Source: Actinomycetes bacterium
GTDB lineage: Bacteria; Actinomycetota; Acidimicrobiia; Acidimicrobiales; RAAP-2
DNA: 58,540 nucleotides
Assembly (NCBI GenBank): GCA_021838005.1
Contig: JAKCEK010000001.1
Span: 1-58,540, forward strand
Direction of reading: 5' to 3'
The position numbers were made by a program, and so were the translations under genes. The notes beneath the pieces were generated by a model. That model was not told the DNA's origin. It saw only the letters and a program-made list of their open reading frames with translations, and did no database searches. Shown piece after piece: positions 39,334 to 48,274 of the stretch (position 1 is its first letter; every line of letters starts with the position of its first letter).

Positions 39334-40127
39334 ACCTCGTCGGCCTGCCCTTCCCGCGCACCGCGACGGGCCGGGCCTCGCTGTTGCCCCCACCCCCGTG
39401 GCACTACTCGGGCGACCTGCTCACCGTCGAGTACCGCACCGACCCCGCCGCGATCGCCCGCCTCCTGCCCGAGGGGGTCTCGCTCCCCCGCGACGACGAG
39501 GACCCCGGTGCGGTCGCCTTCATCTGGGCCGACTGGCAGAGCTGCGGCGACGACGGGGCCGAGCTGCTCGACCCGGTGCGCAGCCAGTACCGGGAGGCCT
39601 TCGTCGTGGTGCGCTGTCGCTACCGGGGACAGCTCTACAGCCGGTGCCTCTTCATCTGGGTCGACGCCGACTTCGCCCTCGTGCGCGGCTACATCCAGGG
39701 CTACCCCAAGAAGCTCGGCTCGATCCACCAGACCCGGCCGGTCAGCGTCGGGCGAGCCGGGCCGCGGGTCGGCCCCGGCGGGCGCTTCGGGATGACCCTC
39801 GCCGCGGCCGACCGCCGCCTCGCCGAGGGCACGGTGACCCTGGAGGAGGCCGCGCCCAGCGCCGGCTTCGTGAACGGACACCCCATGCTCCACCATCGCG
39901 TCTTCCCGCGTATCGAACTCGACGGCTCCGACGCCCTCGACGAGGTCGTCACCATGGCCGGGGTCGACGTCGAGCTCGGGCCGGCCTGGCGGGGCACGGC
40001 GACCCTCGAGCTCTTCGAGTCGCCTACCGAGGAGCTCACCTCGATCGCCCCGCGCGAGTTCATCGCCGGCTACTACCGGGCCGTGGGCACCACGTTCGCG
40101 GGGGGGACGACCCTCGAGGTCCGATGA
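39330..40127 (+). CDS. Acetoacetate decarboxylase-like superfamily protein (MppR/family V-like)
   Basis: PPPWHYSGD, FIWVD, Schiff-base motif RGYIQGYPKKLG. Confidence 0.82.
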   Translation: MNLVGLPFPRTATGRASLLPPPPWHYSGDLLTVEYRTDPAAIARLLPEGVSLPRDDEDPGAVAFIWADWQSCGDDGAELLDPVRSQYREAFVVVRCRYRGQLYSRCLFIWVDADFALVRGYIQGYPKKLGSIHQTRPVSVGRAGPRVGPGGRFGMTLAAADRRLAEGTVTLEEAAPSAGFVNGHPMLHHRVFPRIELDGSDALDEVVTMAGVDVELGPAWRGTATLELFESPTEELTSIAPREFIAGYYRAVGTTFAGGTTLEVR

Positions 40128-40657
40128 GCCGACGGATCTCGAGCAGCGAATCGGCCGTCGTCTCGCGGGCCGAGCGCGACATCCGCTCCCGCCTCGAGGG
40201 CTACGAGCTGGACTTCCGCTCGATGAGCGCCGTGTCGAACATCTACCGAGCCGGCTCGGCCGTGCGCAACCACATGGAGCGCACCGTGCTCTCCGACCAC
40301 GACCTGAGCTGGGTGGCCTTCACGGTCCTGTGGGTCCTGTGGATCTGGGGCGACCAGGAGACCGGCCACGTCGCCGCCGAGGCCGGGGTCACCAAGGGCA
40401 CCCTCACCGGGGTCATCAAGACGCTCCAGGGACGACGGCTCATCCGACGCCTCCCCCACCGCGACGACCGGCGCCGGGTCTCGATCGGGCTCACGCGGGC
40501 CGGGACCCGTCTCATCGAGTCCGTCTTCCCCGAGTTCAACCGCCACGAGACCCTCGCCGTCAACGGCCTGACGCGCGCCGAGCAGGACGAGCTCGCCCGC
40601 CTCCTGCGCAAGGTGCTCGCCACGATGAGCGCCGACGACTCGTCGGGCGACGACTAG
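40124..40657 (+). CDS. MarR family transcriptional regulator
   Basis: DLSWVAFTVLWVL, GVTKGTLTGVIKTL, DDRRRVSIGLTRAG. Confidence 0.9.
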   Translation: MSRRISSSESAVVSRAERDIRSRLEGYELDFRSMSAVSNIYRAGSAVRNHMERTVLSDHDLSWVAFTVLWVLWIWGDQETGHVAAEAGVTKGTLTGVIKTLQGRRLIRRLPHRDDRRRVSIGLTRAGTRLIESVFPEFNRHETLAVNGLTRAEQDELARLLRKVLATMSADDSSGDD

Positions 40658-40748
40658 GTCGCCGGGGACCTCCCTCGTCTCAGGGTGGGACCATCGTCGG
40701 TAGCCGGGACCCGTCGCGACCTGGTGAGATGGCTCCGAGAGGAGCCCC

Positions 40749-41765
40749 GTGACCCAGCTAGCCGCGGCCGACACCGTCGCCTCGACGCGGGGCGCGGTCA
40801 CCATCGACGTCGCCGGGCTCGCCAAGCGCTTCGGGGACACCCGGGCCGTCGACGGCGTCACCTTCGAGGTGCGCCCGGGCGAGGTCTTCGCCTTCCTCGG
40901 GCCCAACGGGGCGGGCAAGTCGACGACGATCAACATGCTCTGCACGCTCACCCGGCCCACCGGCGGGTTCGCGCGCATCGACGGCTACGACGTCTTGACC
41001 CAGCCCGACGAGGTGCGCGCGCGCATCGGCCTCGTCTTCCAAGAGCAGACCCTCGACGACCAGCTGACGGCCGAGGAGAACCTGCGCTTCCACGCCGTCC
41101 TCTACGGCGTCGCGCGCGCCGAGCGCCGCGCCCGCATCGAGCGGGTCCTCGAGCTGGTGAAACTCTCGGCGCGCGCGAAGGACCTCGTCTCGACCTTCTC
41201 GGGCGGGATGGCCCGTCGACTGGAGATCGCCCGCGGCATGCTCCACACCCCGGCCGTTCTCTTCCTCGACGAGCCCACCATTGGCCTCGACCCCCAGACC
41301 CGGGCCCTCATGTGGGACGACGTCGCCACGATGCGCCGCGAGGAGGGCGTGACGGTCTTTCTCACGACCCACTACATGGACGAGGCCGAGATCGCCGATC
41401 GCATCGCGATCATCGACCACGGCCGGATCGTGGCCCTCGACAGCCCCGAAGCGCTCAAGGCGGTCATCGGCGCCGACACCGTCGACCTGCACACCGACGA
41501 CGACGACCGGGCGCTCGGCCGACTGCGTGACGCCGGCTACCGCGCCGAGCGGGTCGGAGAGGGTGTGCGGATCTTCACCGCCGACGGCGAGGGCCAGGTG
41601 CCCCGACTGCTCGAGACGGTGGCCGGGGGCGTCTCCTCGGTCCACGTCCACCGCCCCACGCTCGAGGACGTGTTCTTGCACTACACCGGACGCGAGATCC
41701 GCGAAAACGACGGCGAGCCCACGTCCAGCGGATGGATGCGCGCCCGGCGGGCGGCCCGGCGATGA
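40749..41765 (+). CDS. ABC-2 exporter ATP-binding subunit (DrrA-like)
   Basis: GPNGAGKST, FSGGMARRLE, LDEPTIGLDPQ, TTHYMDEAE, PTLEDVF. Confidence 0.92.
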   Translation: MTQLAAADTVASTRGAVTIDVAGLAKRFGDTRAVDGVTFEVRPGEVFAFLGPNGAGKSTTINMLCTLTRPTGGFARIDGYDVLTQPDEVRARIGLVFQEQTLDDQLTAEENLRFHAVLYGVARAERRARIERVLELVKLSARAKDLVSTFSGGMARRLEIARGMLHTPAVLFLDEPTIGLDPQTRALMWDDVATMRREEGVTVFLTTHYMDEAEIADRIAIIDHGRIVALDSPEALKAVIGADTVDLHTDDDDRALGRLRDAGYRAERVGEGVRIFTADGEGQVPRLLETVAGGVSSVHVHRPTLEDVFLHYTGREIRENDGEPTSSGWMRARRAARR

Positions 41766-42616
41766 GAACGCTACCCGCGCCCGCGGCGCGCGTCGCCGAG
41801 CGGCCGCGCTGGCACGAGCTGCGCACCGTGCTCATGGTCTGGGAGCGCGAGCTCATCCGCTTCGAGCGCAACCGCACCCGCATCGTGACGAGCCTCTCCC
41901 AGCCCCTCTTGTTCTTGTTCGTGCTGGGCTACGGCATGTCCACGCTGGTGGGCTCGACCGCGGGCTTCGACTTCAAGAAGTTCCTCTTTCCGGGCATCGT
42001 GGCCATGAGCGTGGTCTCGACGGCCATCTTCAGCGCGATCTCCATCGTCTGGGACCGGGAGTTCGGATTCCTGCGCGAGATGCTCGTGGCCCCCGCGAGC
42101 CGCGCGAGCCTGGTGACGGGCAAGACCCTCGGCGGGGCGACGGTCGCCGCGCTGCAGGGGACCATCATGCTGGCGCTGGCGCCGCTCATCGGCGTGCACC
42201 TCACCGTCGCGCTCGTCTTCGAGGTGATCGGACTGGAGCTGGTGATGGCGATCGCCCTCACGTCCTTCGGCGTCTTCGTGGCCAGTCGAATCAACCGTAT
42301 CGAGGGTTTCCAGGTCGTCATGCAGCTCGTCCTCTTCCCGATGCTCTTCCTCTCCGGGGCGCTCTTCCCCCTCTCGGGGCTGCCGACGTGGCTCACCGTC
42401 CTCACGCGGCTCAACCCCCTCACCTACGCCGTCGCCCCGCTGCGCCAGGTGGTCTTCGCGGTCCAGAACGTCCCGCCGCTGGCCGCCGCGCGCTTCTCGG
42501 CGACGGTGACGCTCTTCGGCTACGTGTTACCGGTGTGGCTCGAGCTGGTGATGGTCGCGGCCTTCGCCCTCATCTTCTTCGTCCTGGCCATCCAGGGCTT
42601 CTCGCGGCGGGACTGA
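41762..42616 (+). CDS. ABC-2 exporter permease
   Basis: WDREFGFLREMLVAP, FLSGALFP, NPLTYAV. Confidence 0.92.
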   Translation: MRTLPAPAARVAERPRWHELRTVLMVWERELIRFERNRTRIVTSLSQPLLFLFVLGYGMSTLVGSTAGFDFKKFLFPGIVAMSVVSTAIFSAISIVWDREFGFLREMLVAPASRASLVTGKTLGGATVAALQGTIMLALAPLIGVHLTVALVFEVIGLELVMAIALTSFGVFVASRINRIEGFQVVMQLVLFPMLFLSGALFPLSGLPTWLTVLTRLNPLTYAVAPLRQVVFAVQNVPPLAAARFSATVTLFGYVLPVWLELVMVAAFALIFFVLAIQGFSRRD

Positions 42617-42618
42617 GG

Positions 42619-44127
42619 CTACAGGGGCCGCGGCGTGTCGGCCGTCGCCACGAGGTGGCGCGCGGCGCGCGCCTCGTCCACCCGGGCCACGGGCGTCGTC
42701 TGGGGGGCGCGACGCATCCCCTCGGGGTCGGTGGCGGCCCGCTCGGCAATGCGCTCGATCGCCTGGGCCAGGGCCTCGAGGGTCTGGGGGCTCTCGGTCT
42801 CGGTCGGCTCGAACATGAGGGCCTCCTCGACGATGAGCGGGAAGTAGACGGTGGGGGCGTGGAAGCCCTCCTCGAGGAGGGTCTTGGCGACGTCGAGGGC
42901 CCGCACGCCGTAGCGCTCCTTGAGCAGGGTCGCCTGGAGGGTGCACTCGTGCATGCACATCCGGTCGTGCGCCGCGGGCAGGATCTCGCCCACGCGTCGG
43001 CGCAGCCAGTTGGCGTTCAGGACGGCGTGCTGGGCCACCCGGGTGAGGCCCTCGGCCCCGTGGACGTCGATGTACGCGAGGGCTCGGGCGAGCACCAGCG
43101 CGTTGCCGTGCCAGCCGTGGACCCGCCCGATCGAGCGCGCCGGCGTCGCCCAGGCGAGTCGGCCGCCGTCGCGCACCGCGCGCGGCCCGGGTAAGAAGTC
43201 GACGAGGTGGGCGGCCACGGCCACGGGACCCGCGCCCGGGCCCCCGCCGCCGTGGGGCGTGGCGAAGGTCTTGTGCAGGTTCATGTGCACGATGTCAAAG
43301 CCCATGTCGCCGGGGCGCACGACCCCGAGGATGGCGTTCAGGTTGGCCCCGTCGTAGTAGAGGAGGCCGCCCACGTCGTGCACGGCGGCGGCGATCTCGA
43401 CGATCTCCTCTTCGAAGAGCCCGAGCGTGTTGGGGTTCGTGAGCATGATGCCCGCCACGTCGGGCCCGAGCACGCGCCGTAGCGCCTCGAGGTCGACGAG
43501 ACCCCGGTCGTTCGAGGGGACCGTCGTGACCTCGTAGCCGCCGAGGGTCACCGAGGCGGGGTTGGTGCCGTGGGCCGAGTCGGGGATGACGACGCGCCGA
43601 CGCACGTCGCCGCGACTCGCGTGGTAGGCCCGCATGAGGAGCAGCCCGGTGAGCTCGCCGGCCGCCCCGGCCGCCGGCTGCAGCGTGGCCGCCGCCATGC
43701 CGGTGATCGCGCAGAGCCGCTCTTCCAGGTTCACCAGGATCTCCAGCCAGCCCTGGGTGAGCTCGGCCGGCGCGGCCGGGTGCACGCTCGCCAGGGCCGG
43801 GTCGGCCGCCACCGCGTCGCAGAACTTGGGGTTGTACTTCATCGTGCACGAGCCCAGGGGGTACATGCCCAGGTCGACCGAGAACTGACGGTGGCTGAGC
43901 CGGGTCACGTGGGCCACCAGGTCGCGCTCGGAGACCTCCGCGACGGCCACGGGCGCCTCGGCGAGGTGGGCGGCCGGCACCAGGTCCTCGAGCGCCCGGG
44001 CCGGAACGTCGGTCGTGCGCAGCTGGTAGGCCCGTCGCCCGGGCACGGAGATCTCGAAGAGGGTGGGCTCGGCGTCGCGCCCCATGAGGGGGGCCGACGA
44101 CGCCCGTCCGGCGGGGCTCGCGGTCAC
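42619..44127 (-). CDS. gcvPB: Glycine dehydrogenase (decarboxylating) subunit 2
   Basis: YPLGSCTMKYNP, SAHGTNPAS, NLHKTFATPHGGGGPG, EPTETES. Confidence 0.96.
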   Translation of the reverse strand: MTASPAGRASSAPLMGRDAEPTLFEISVPGRRAYQLRTTDVPARALEDLVPAAHLAEAPVAVAEVSERDLVAHVTRLSHRQFSVDLGMYPLGSCTMKYNPKFCDAVAADPALASVHPAAPAELTQGWLEILVNLEERLCAITGMAAATLQPAAGAAGELTGLLLMRAYHASRGDVRRRVVIPDSAHGTNPASVTLGGYEVTTVPSNDRGLVDLEALRRVLGPDVAGIMLTNPNTLGLFEEEIVEIAAAVHDVGGLLYYDGANLNAILGVVRPGDMGFDIVHMNLHKTFATPHGGGGPGAGPVAVAAHLVDFLPGPRAVRDGGRLAWATPARSIGRVHGWHGNALVLARALAYIDVHGAEGLTRVAQHAVLNANWLRRRVGEILPAAHDRMCMHECTLQATLLKERYGVRALDVAKTLLEEGFHAPTVYFPLIVEEALMFEPTETESPQTLEALAQAIERIAERAATDPEGMRRAPQTTPVARVDEARAARHLVATADTPRPL

Positions 44128-45485
44128 CTCAGGGCTCCTCTCAGCGCGCGCACGTAGTGGTCGAGCTCGGCCCGGGTCCGCCGCTCGGTGACCGCGACGA
44201 GCAGCACCTCGTCGGGCGCGTCGGCCGAGGGGTCCTCCGGCCCGCCCAGCGCGTCCAGGGCGACCCCGGCGAGGATTCCCTCGGCGGCCATCAGGGCCAC
44301 GACCTCACGGGCCGGCCGGCGCAGGCGCAGCGCGAACTCCCGGAAGAACGGCGCCGACGTGACCGGGGCCACCCCGTCCACGGCGGCGAGCTGGTCGTAG
44401 AGGTAGTGGGCCCCCTGGGCGCAGCGCGTCGCGACCTCGCGCAGCCCCTGGGTCCCCAGCCAGCCCAACTGGACGGCCGCGGCCACCGCCATCAGGGTCT
44501 GGTTGGTGCACACGTTCGAGGTCGCCTTCTCGCGGCGGATGTCCTGTTCGCGTGCCCGTAGCGTCGTGACGTAGGCGCGGCGCCCCTCGGTGTCGACGGT
44601 CTCGCCCACGATCCGCCCGGGGAGCCGGCGCACCTGGGCGTCGCTGCAGGCGAAGAGTCCGAGGTAGGGGCCGCCGAAGGAGAGCGCCGTGCCGAAGGGC
44701 TGGCCCTCACCGACAAAGACGTCGGCCCCCCACGCACCGGCCGAGCGCAAGACGCCCGCGGCGACCGGGTCGCCCGCCACGACGAGGAGACCCCCCGTCG
44801 CCGCGGCGAGCGCCTTCGCCGCGCCGGGGTCCTCGAGCACCCCGAGGTAGTTGGGGTAGGCCACCACGACGGCGGCGACCCCTGCGGTGTCGACGCCCGA
44901 CCAGTCGGTGAGCCCCCCGACCAGGGGCACCTCGTCGACCACGTGGCCGGTGCCGGCGGCAAAGGTGCGGGCGACCGCCCGCCAGTGCGGGTGCACCCCC
45001 GACGAGACCAACATGCGCGAGCGCCCGGTGGCCCCGTGGGCCATGTTGAGGGCCTCGACGAGCGCCGTCGCCCCGTCGTAGAGGGAGGCGTTGGCGATAG
45101 GCAGGCCCGAAAGGCGCGCCACCAGGGTCTGGTACTCGAAGATCGCCTGGAGGACGCCCTGGGCGACCTCGGGCTGGTAGGGCGTGTAGGCCGTGACGAA
45201 CTCGCTGCGCCCCGCGAGGGCGCGCACCACGGGTGGGACCTCGTGGTCGTAGGCGCCGGCGCCGGCGAAGCAGACCAGCTCGCTCGCGCGTGCGCCGTTG
45301 CGCGACCCGTAGCCCGCCACGACGGCCGCCGCGTCGGGCTCGGTCATCCCCGCCGGCAGGTCCAGTCCCCCGGCCAGGCGCACCGCGGCCGGGACGTGGG
45401 CGTACAGGCCCTCGAGCGAGTCGACCCCGACGAAGGCGAGCATCGCGGCCACCTCCTCGGGGGTGTGGGGCAGGTAGTCGGCCAT
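44124..45485 (-). CDS. gcvPA: Glycine dehydrogenase (decarboxylating) subunit 1
   Basis: TAYTPYQPEVAQG, NASLYDG, REQDIRREKATSNVCTNQ. Confidence 0.96.
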   Translation of the reverse strand: MADYLPHTPEEVAAMLAFVGVDSLEGLYAHVPAAVRLAGGLDLPAGMTEPDAAAVVAGYGSRNGARASELVCFAGAGAYDHEVPPVVRALAGRSEFVTAYTPYQPEVAQGVLQAIFEYQTLVARLSGLPIANASLYDGATALVEALNMAHGATGRSRMLVSSGVHPHWRAVARTFAAGTGHVVDEVPLVGGLTDWSGVDTAGVAAVVVAYPNYLGVLEDPGAAKALAAATGGLLVVAGDPVAAGVLRSAGAWGADVFVGEGQPFGTALSFGGPYLGLFACSDAQVRRLPGRIVGETVDTEGRRAYVTTLRAREQDIRREKATSNVCTNQTLMAVAAAVQLGWLGTQGLREVATRCAQGAHYLYDQLAAVDGVAPVTSAPFFREFALRLRRPAREVVALMAAEGILAGVALDALGGPEDPSADAPDEVLLVAVTERRTRAELDHYVRALRGALR

Positions 45486-46537
45486 CACGACTCCTTGGCG
45501 ACGAAGGGCAGCGCGGCCACGCTCGCCGAGACCTCCCGGCCCCGCAGGGCGACGGTGACGGGCTCGCCGACGACGAACCCCGGGGTGAGCAGCCCCATGC
45601 CGATCCCGCGCTCGAGGACCGGCGAGTAGTTGCCCGAGGACAAGAACCCCACCGGGCGGCCGCCGGCGAGGACGTCGGCCCCCTCGCGCAGGGGCTGGCG
45701 CCCCGCCGAGACGAGCCCCACCAGGCGTCGACGCGGGCCGCTCGCGCGCTCGCGCTCAACGGCGGCTCGGCCCCGGAAGGTTGGCTTGTTCCAGCCGAGC
45801 ACCCAGCCCAGTCCGGCCTCGAGGGTCGTCGAGGTGAGCGAGAGCTCGTGGCCGTAGAGGGGGAGACCCGCCTCGAGGCGCAGGGTGTCGCGGGCGCCGA
45901 GGCCCGCCGGGGTCACCCCGACCGCCACGAGCGCCCGCCACAGCGCCTCAGCCGCCTCGTTGGGGACCGCGATCTCCACCCCGGGCTCGCCGGTGTAGCC
46001 GGTGCCGGCGACGCGCACCTCGACGCCCCCGTAGTCGAGGCGCACCACCCGGTTGCGCGCGACCTCGCCGAAACGCGGGTCGACGCGCGCCGCGCGCTCA
46101 CGCGCGCGCGGACCCTGCACGGCGAGCACGCTGCGCCCGCCCGTGACGTCGATCCCCGGCAGGGCCTCGAGCACCCCCGAGGTGTTCGAGGCGTTGGGCA
46201 TGACGTCAAAGGAGTCCTCGTCAACCCACCAGACGATGATGTCGTCGACGACGAAGCCGTCCTCGGTGAGCAGGTGGGTGTACTGGGCGCGGCCCGGACT
46301 GACCTTGGCGAGGTCGTTGGTCAGGGTCGCCTGCAGGGCGTCGAAGGCCCCGGGCCCCTCGCAGCGCACCGTGCCGAGGTGGCTCACGTCGAACACCACC
46401 GCGTCGCGTCGGCACGCCAGGTGCTCGGCGACGGTGCCCGTGGGGTACGCGAGCGGCATCAGCCAGCCGCCGAAGGGGACCACCTTGGCCCCGAGCTCGA
46501 CGTGCACGTCGTAGAGATGGCTGCGCCGCTCGTCCAC
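45485..46537 (-). CDS. gcvT: Glycine cleavage aminomethyltransferase T
   Basis: FGGWLMPLAY, FDVSHLG, TGYTGEPG, GLGARDTLRLEAGLPLYG. Confidence 0.96.
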   Translation of the reverse strand: MDERRSHLYDVHVELGAKVVPFGGWLMPLAYPTGTVAEHLACRRDAVVFDVSHLGTVRCEGPGAFDALQATLTNDLAKVSPGRAQYTHLLTEDGFVVDDIIVWWVDEDSFDVMPNASNTSGVLEALPGIDVTGGRSVLAVQGPRARERAARVDPRFGEVARNRVVRLDYGGVEVRVAGTGYTGEPGVEIAVPNEAAEALWRALVAVGVTPAGLGARDTLRLEAGLPLYGHELSLTSTTLEAGLGWVLGWNKPTFRGRAAVERERASGPRRRLVGLVSAGRQPLREGADVLAGGRPVGFLSSGNYSPVLERGIGMGLLTPGFVVGEPVTVALRGREVSASVAALPFVAKES

Positions 46538-46935
46538 TACGCGACCTCCTCGAGGGGGGTGGTGAGGCGCGCGCGCTCCAAGAGCCGCTCGAAGTCGCGT
46601 CGGTACACCACCACCAGGGGCACCTCGGGGTAGAGGTCACGGAACCGGCGGACCTTCTGGTTCTTGCGCGTCACGAGGCGCTGGGCGAGCACCGTCAGCT
46701 CGACAAACACGCCCGGCTCGGCGAGGTAGAAGTCGGGCCGGAAGGCTCGCGTGGGCGTACCGTCGGGTCCCCACTCGAGCGGGAACTCCACCGGCTCGTA
46801 GACCCAGTCGTACCCCGACACCGTGAGGAGTCGGGCGAAGAGGGCCTCGGAGGGGTGCGCGAAAGTCCCCTCGACCGGGGTCACGGCACTGGGGTGGCGG
46901 CGACGGGGGTCCCCGCCACGCTGGGGCGAGCTCAC
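46537..46935 (-). CDS. Hypothetical protein with PD-(D/E)xK nuclease-like motifs
   Basis: FAHPSE...WVYEP...FRPDFYL...FVELT...TRKNQK; overlaps the merR stop and the gcvT start. Confidence 0.6.
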   Translation of the reverse strand: MSSPQRGGDPRRRHPSAVTPVEGTFAHPSEALFARLLTVSGYDWVYEPVEFPLEWGPDGTPTRAFRPDFYLAEPGVFVELTVLAQRLVTRKNQKVRRFRDLYPEVPLVVVYRRDFERLLERARLTTPLEEVA

Positions 46936-47387
46936 GCCGTGACGGCCCCCTTCTCCGACGTCGAGGGATCCTCGCGGAGGGTGGTCGAGAGCTCGGCGAC
47001 CACCGTGGCGAGCGGGACGATGTTAAAGACGCCCTGTCCGCCGCGCAGCAGGTCAACGAGCTCGCCGTCGTCGTGGGCGAGAACCGAGCCGGCGTCGGAG
47101 AGCACGAGGCTCGCCGCGGCGAGGTCGGCCCCGAGCGCGCGCCGCAGGCACTCCACGGCCTGGCGGGCGCGCGCCAGCGACACCCCGGCGTCGAGCAGGC
47201 GTTTGATGACCTTCACCTCGAGGATGTCGGCGTAGCCGTAGCGCCGCTTCGAACCGCTGCCCCGCGCGACGGCGATCGTGGGGGTCACGAGGCCCGTGCG
47301 CGCCCAGTAGTCGAGCTGACGGTAGGTCACGCCGGTGAGCCGGCACACGGTGGATGCGCTGAATCCGAAGTCGCTGTCGCCGCTCAC
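46932..47387 (-). CDS. MerR family regulator (Rv1830-like)
   Basis: GVTYRQLDYWARTGLV, GSGSKRRY, LLRGGQGVF. Confidence 0.92.
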   Translation of the reverse strand: MSGDSDFGFSASTVCRLTGVTYRQLDYWARTGLVTPTIAVARGSGSKRRYGYADILEVKVIKRLLDAGVSLARARQAVECLRRALGADLAAASLVLSDAGSVLAHDDGELVDLLRGGQGVFNIVPLATVVAELSTTLREDPSTSEKGAVTA

Positions 47388-47425
47388 GCTCCCCCTCCCG
47401 ACCGAGGCGCCCGGGAATGGCCCGG

Positions 47426-47448
47426 ACTACACGAGTGTAGTTAACCCC
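47426..47448 (-). promoter_or_regulatory. merR promoter: palindrome ACTACAC-GA-GTGTAGT overlapping GGGGTTAAC-TACACT (-10)
   Basis: Inverted repeat with 7-bp arms seen directly; the same GGGGTTAACTAnnCT motif occurs at 54366-54380. Confidence 0.55.
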
Positions 47449-47451
47449 GGG

Positions 47452-48231
47452 CTACTCGGCAAACAGGTCGGGGCGCCCGAGCGCGCTCGAGGAGGCCTCG
47501 GCGTAGAGCCGCGGCGGGATCCGTCCGGCCCGGCGGGCGAGCCGCCCGGCCCGCACGGCCCCGGCGACCGCCTCGCCCATGGCCACCGGGTCGAGGGCAC
47601 GGTTGATGGCCGAGGCGACCAGCACCCCGGCGCAGCCCAACTCCATCGCGAGGGCGGCGTCCGAGGCCGTCCCCACCCCGGCGTCGAGCAGGACCGGCGC
47701 GCCGACCCGCTCGCAGATGAGGGCCACGGCGTGGGGGTTGCGCACGCCGAGCCCCGAGCCGATGGGCGAGCCCAGGGGCATCACCGCCACGCACCCCGCC
47801 TGCTCGAGCCGCTGGGCCACGACGAGGTCGTCGTTGGTGTAAGCCCACACCTCGAAGCCGTCGGCGACCAACTCCTCGGCCGCCGCGAGGGTCTCGACCA
47901 CGTCGGGCAACAGGGTGCGGTCGTCGCCGATGACCTCGAGCTTGACCCGGTCGGTGTCGAAGGCCTCGCGGGCGAGCCGGGCCGTCGCGACCGCCTCGCG
48001 GGCGCTGTAGCAGCCGGCCGTGTTGGGCAGGAGCGCCACCTTGTTGCGCTCGAGGACGTCGTAGAGCGAGCCCTCGACCGAGGGGTCGACCCGACGCAGG
48101 GCGACCGTCGCGATCGTGACCTGGGCGGCCTCGAGGGTCGCCTCGAGGACCTCGAGGGACCGGAAACCGCCCGTGCCAAAGACCAGGCGCGAGGCCGACT
48201 CGTACGAGCCGACGGTCAGCAGCTCTTCCAC
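47452..48231 (-). CDS. thiG: Thiazole synthase
   Basis: [45 protein letters not shown]. Confidence 0.96.
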   Translation of the reverse strand: MEELLTVGSYESASRLVFGTGGFRSLEVLEATLEAAQVTIATVALRRVDPSVEGSLYDVLERNKVALLPNTAGCYSAREAVATARLAREAFDTDRVKLEVIGDDRTLLPDVVETLAAAEELVADGFEVWAYTNDDLVVAQRLEQAGCVAVMPLGSPIGSGLGVRNPHAVALICERVGAPVLLDAGVGTASDAALAMELGCAGVLVASAINRALDPVAMGEAVAGAVRAGRLARRAGRIPPRLYAEASSSALGRPDLFAE

Positions 48232-48274
48232 CGCGCCCAGCGTAGTTGCGCCGTGGCGAAACTAGGGTTGGGGT

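Noticed and set aside
39330-40127. True acetoacetate decarboxylase making acetone from the nearby 3HB/acetoacetate module
   Set aside because: It is coupled to the ring-cleavage operon rather than to bdhA, and resembles the MppR-like branch; acetoacetate already has a CoA ligase route
40660-40745. Three GGGACC direct repeats upstream of the ABC-2 exporter as a regulator site
   Set aside because: Short and GC-rich, so easily chance in this background; no clean palindrome
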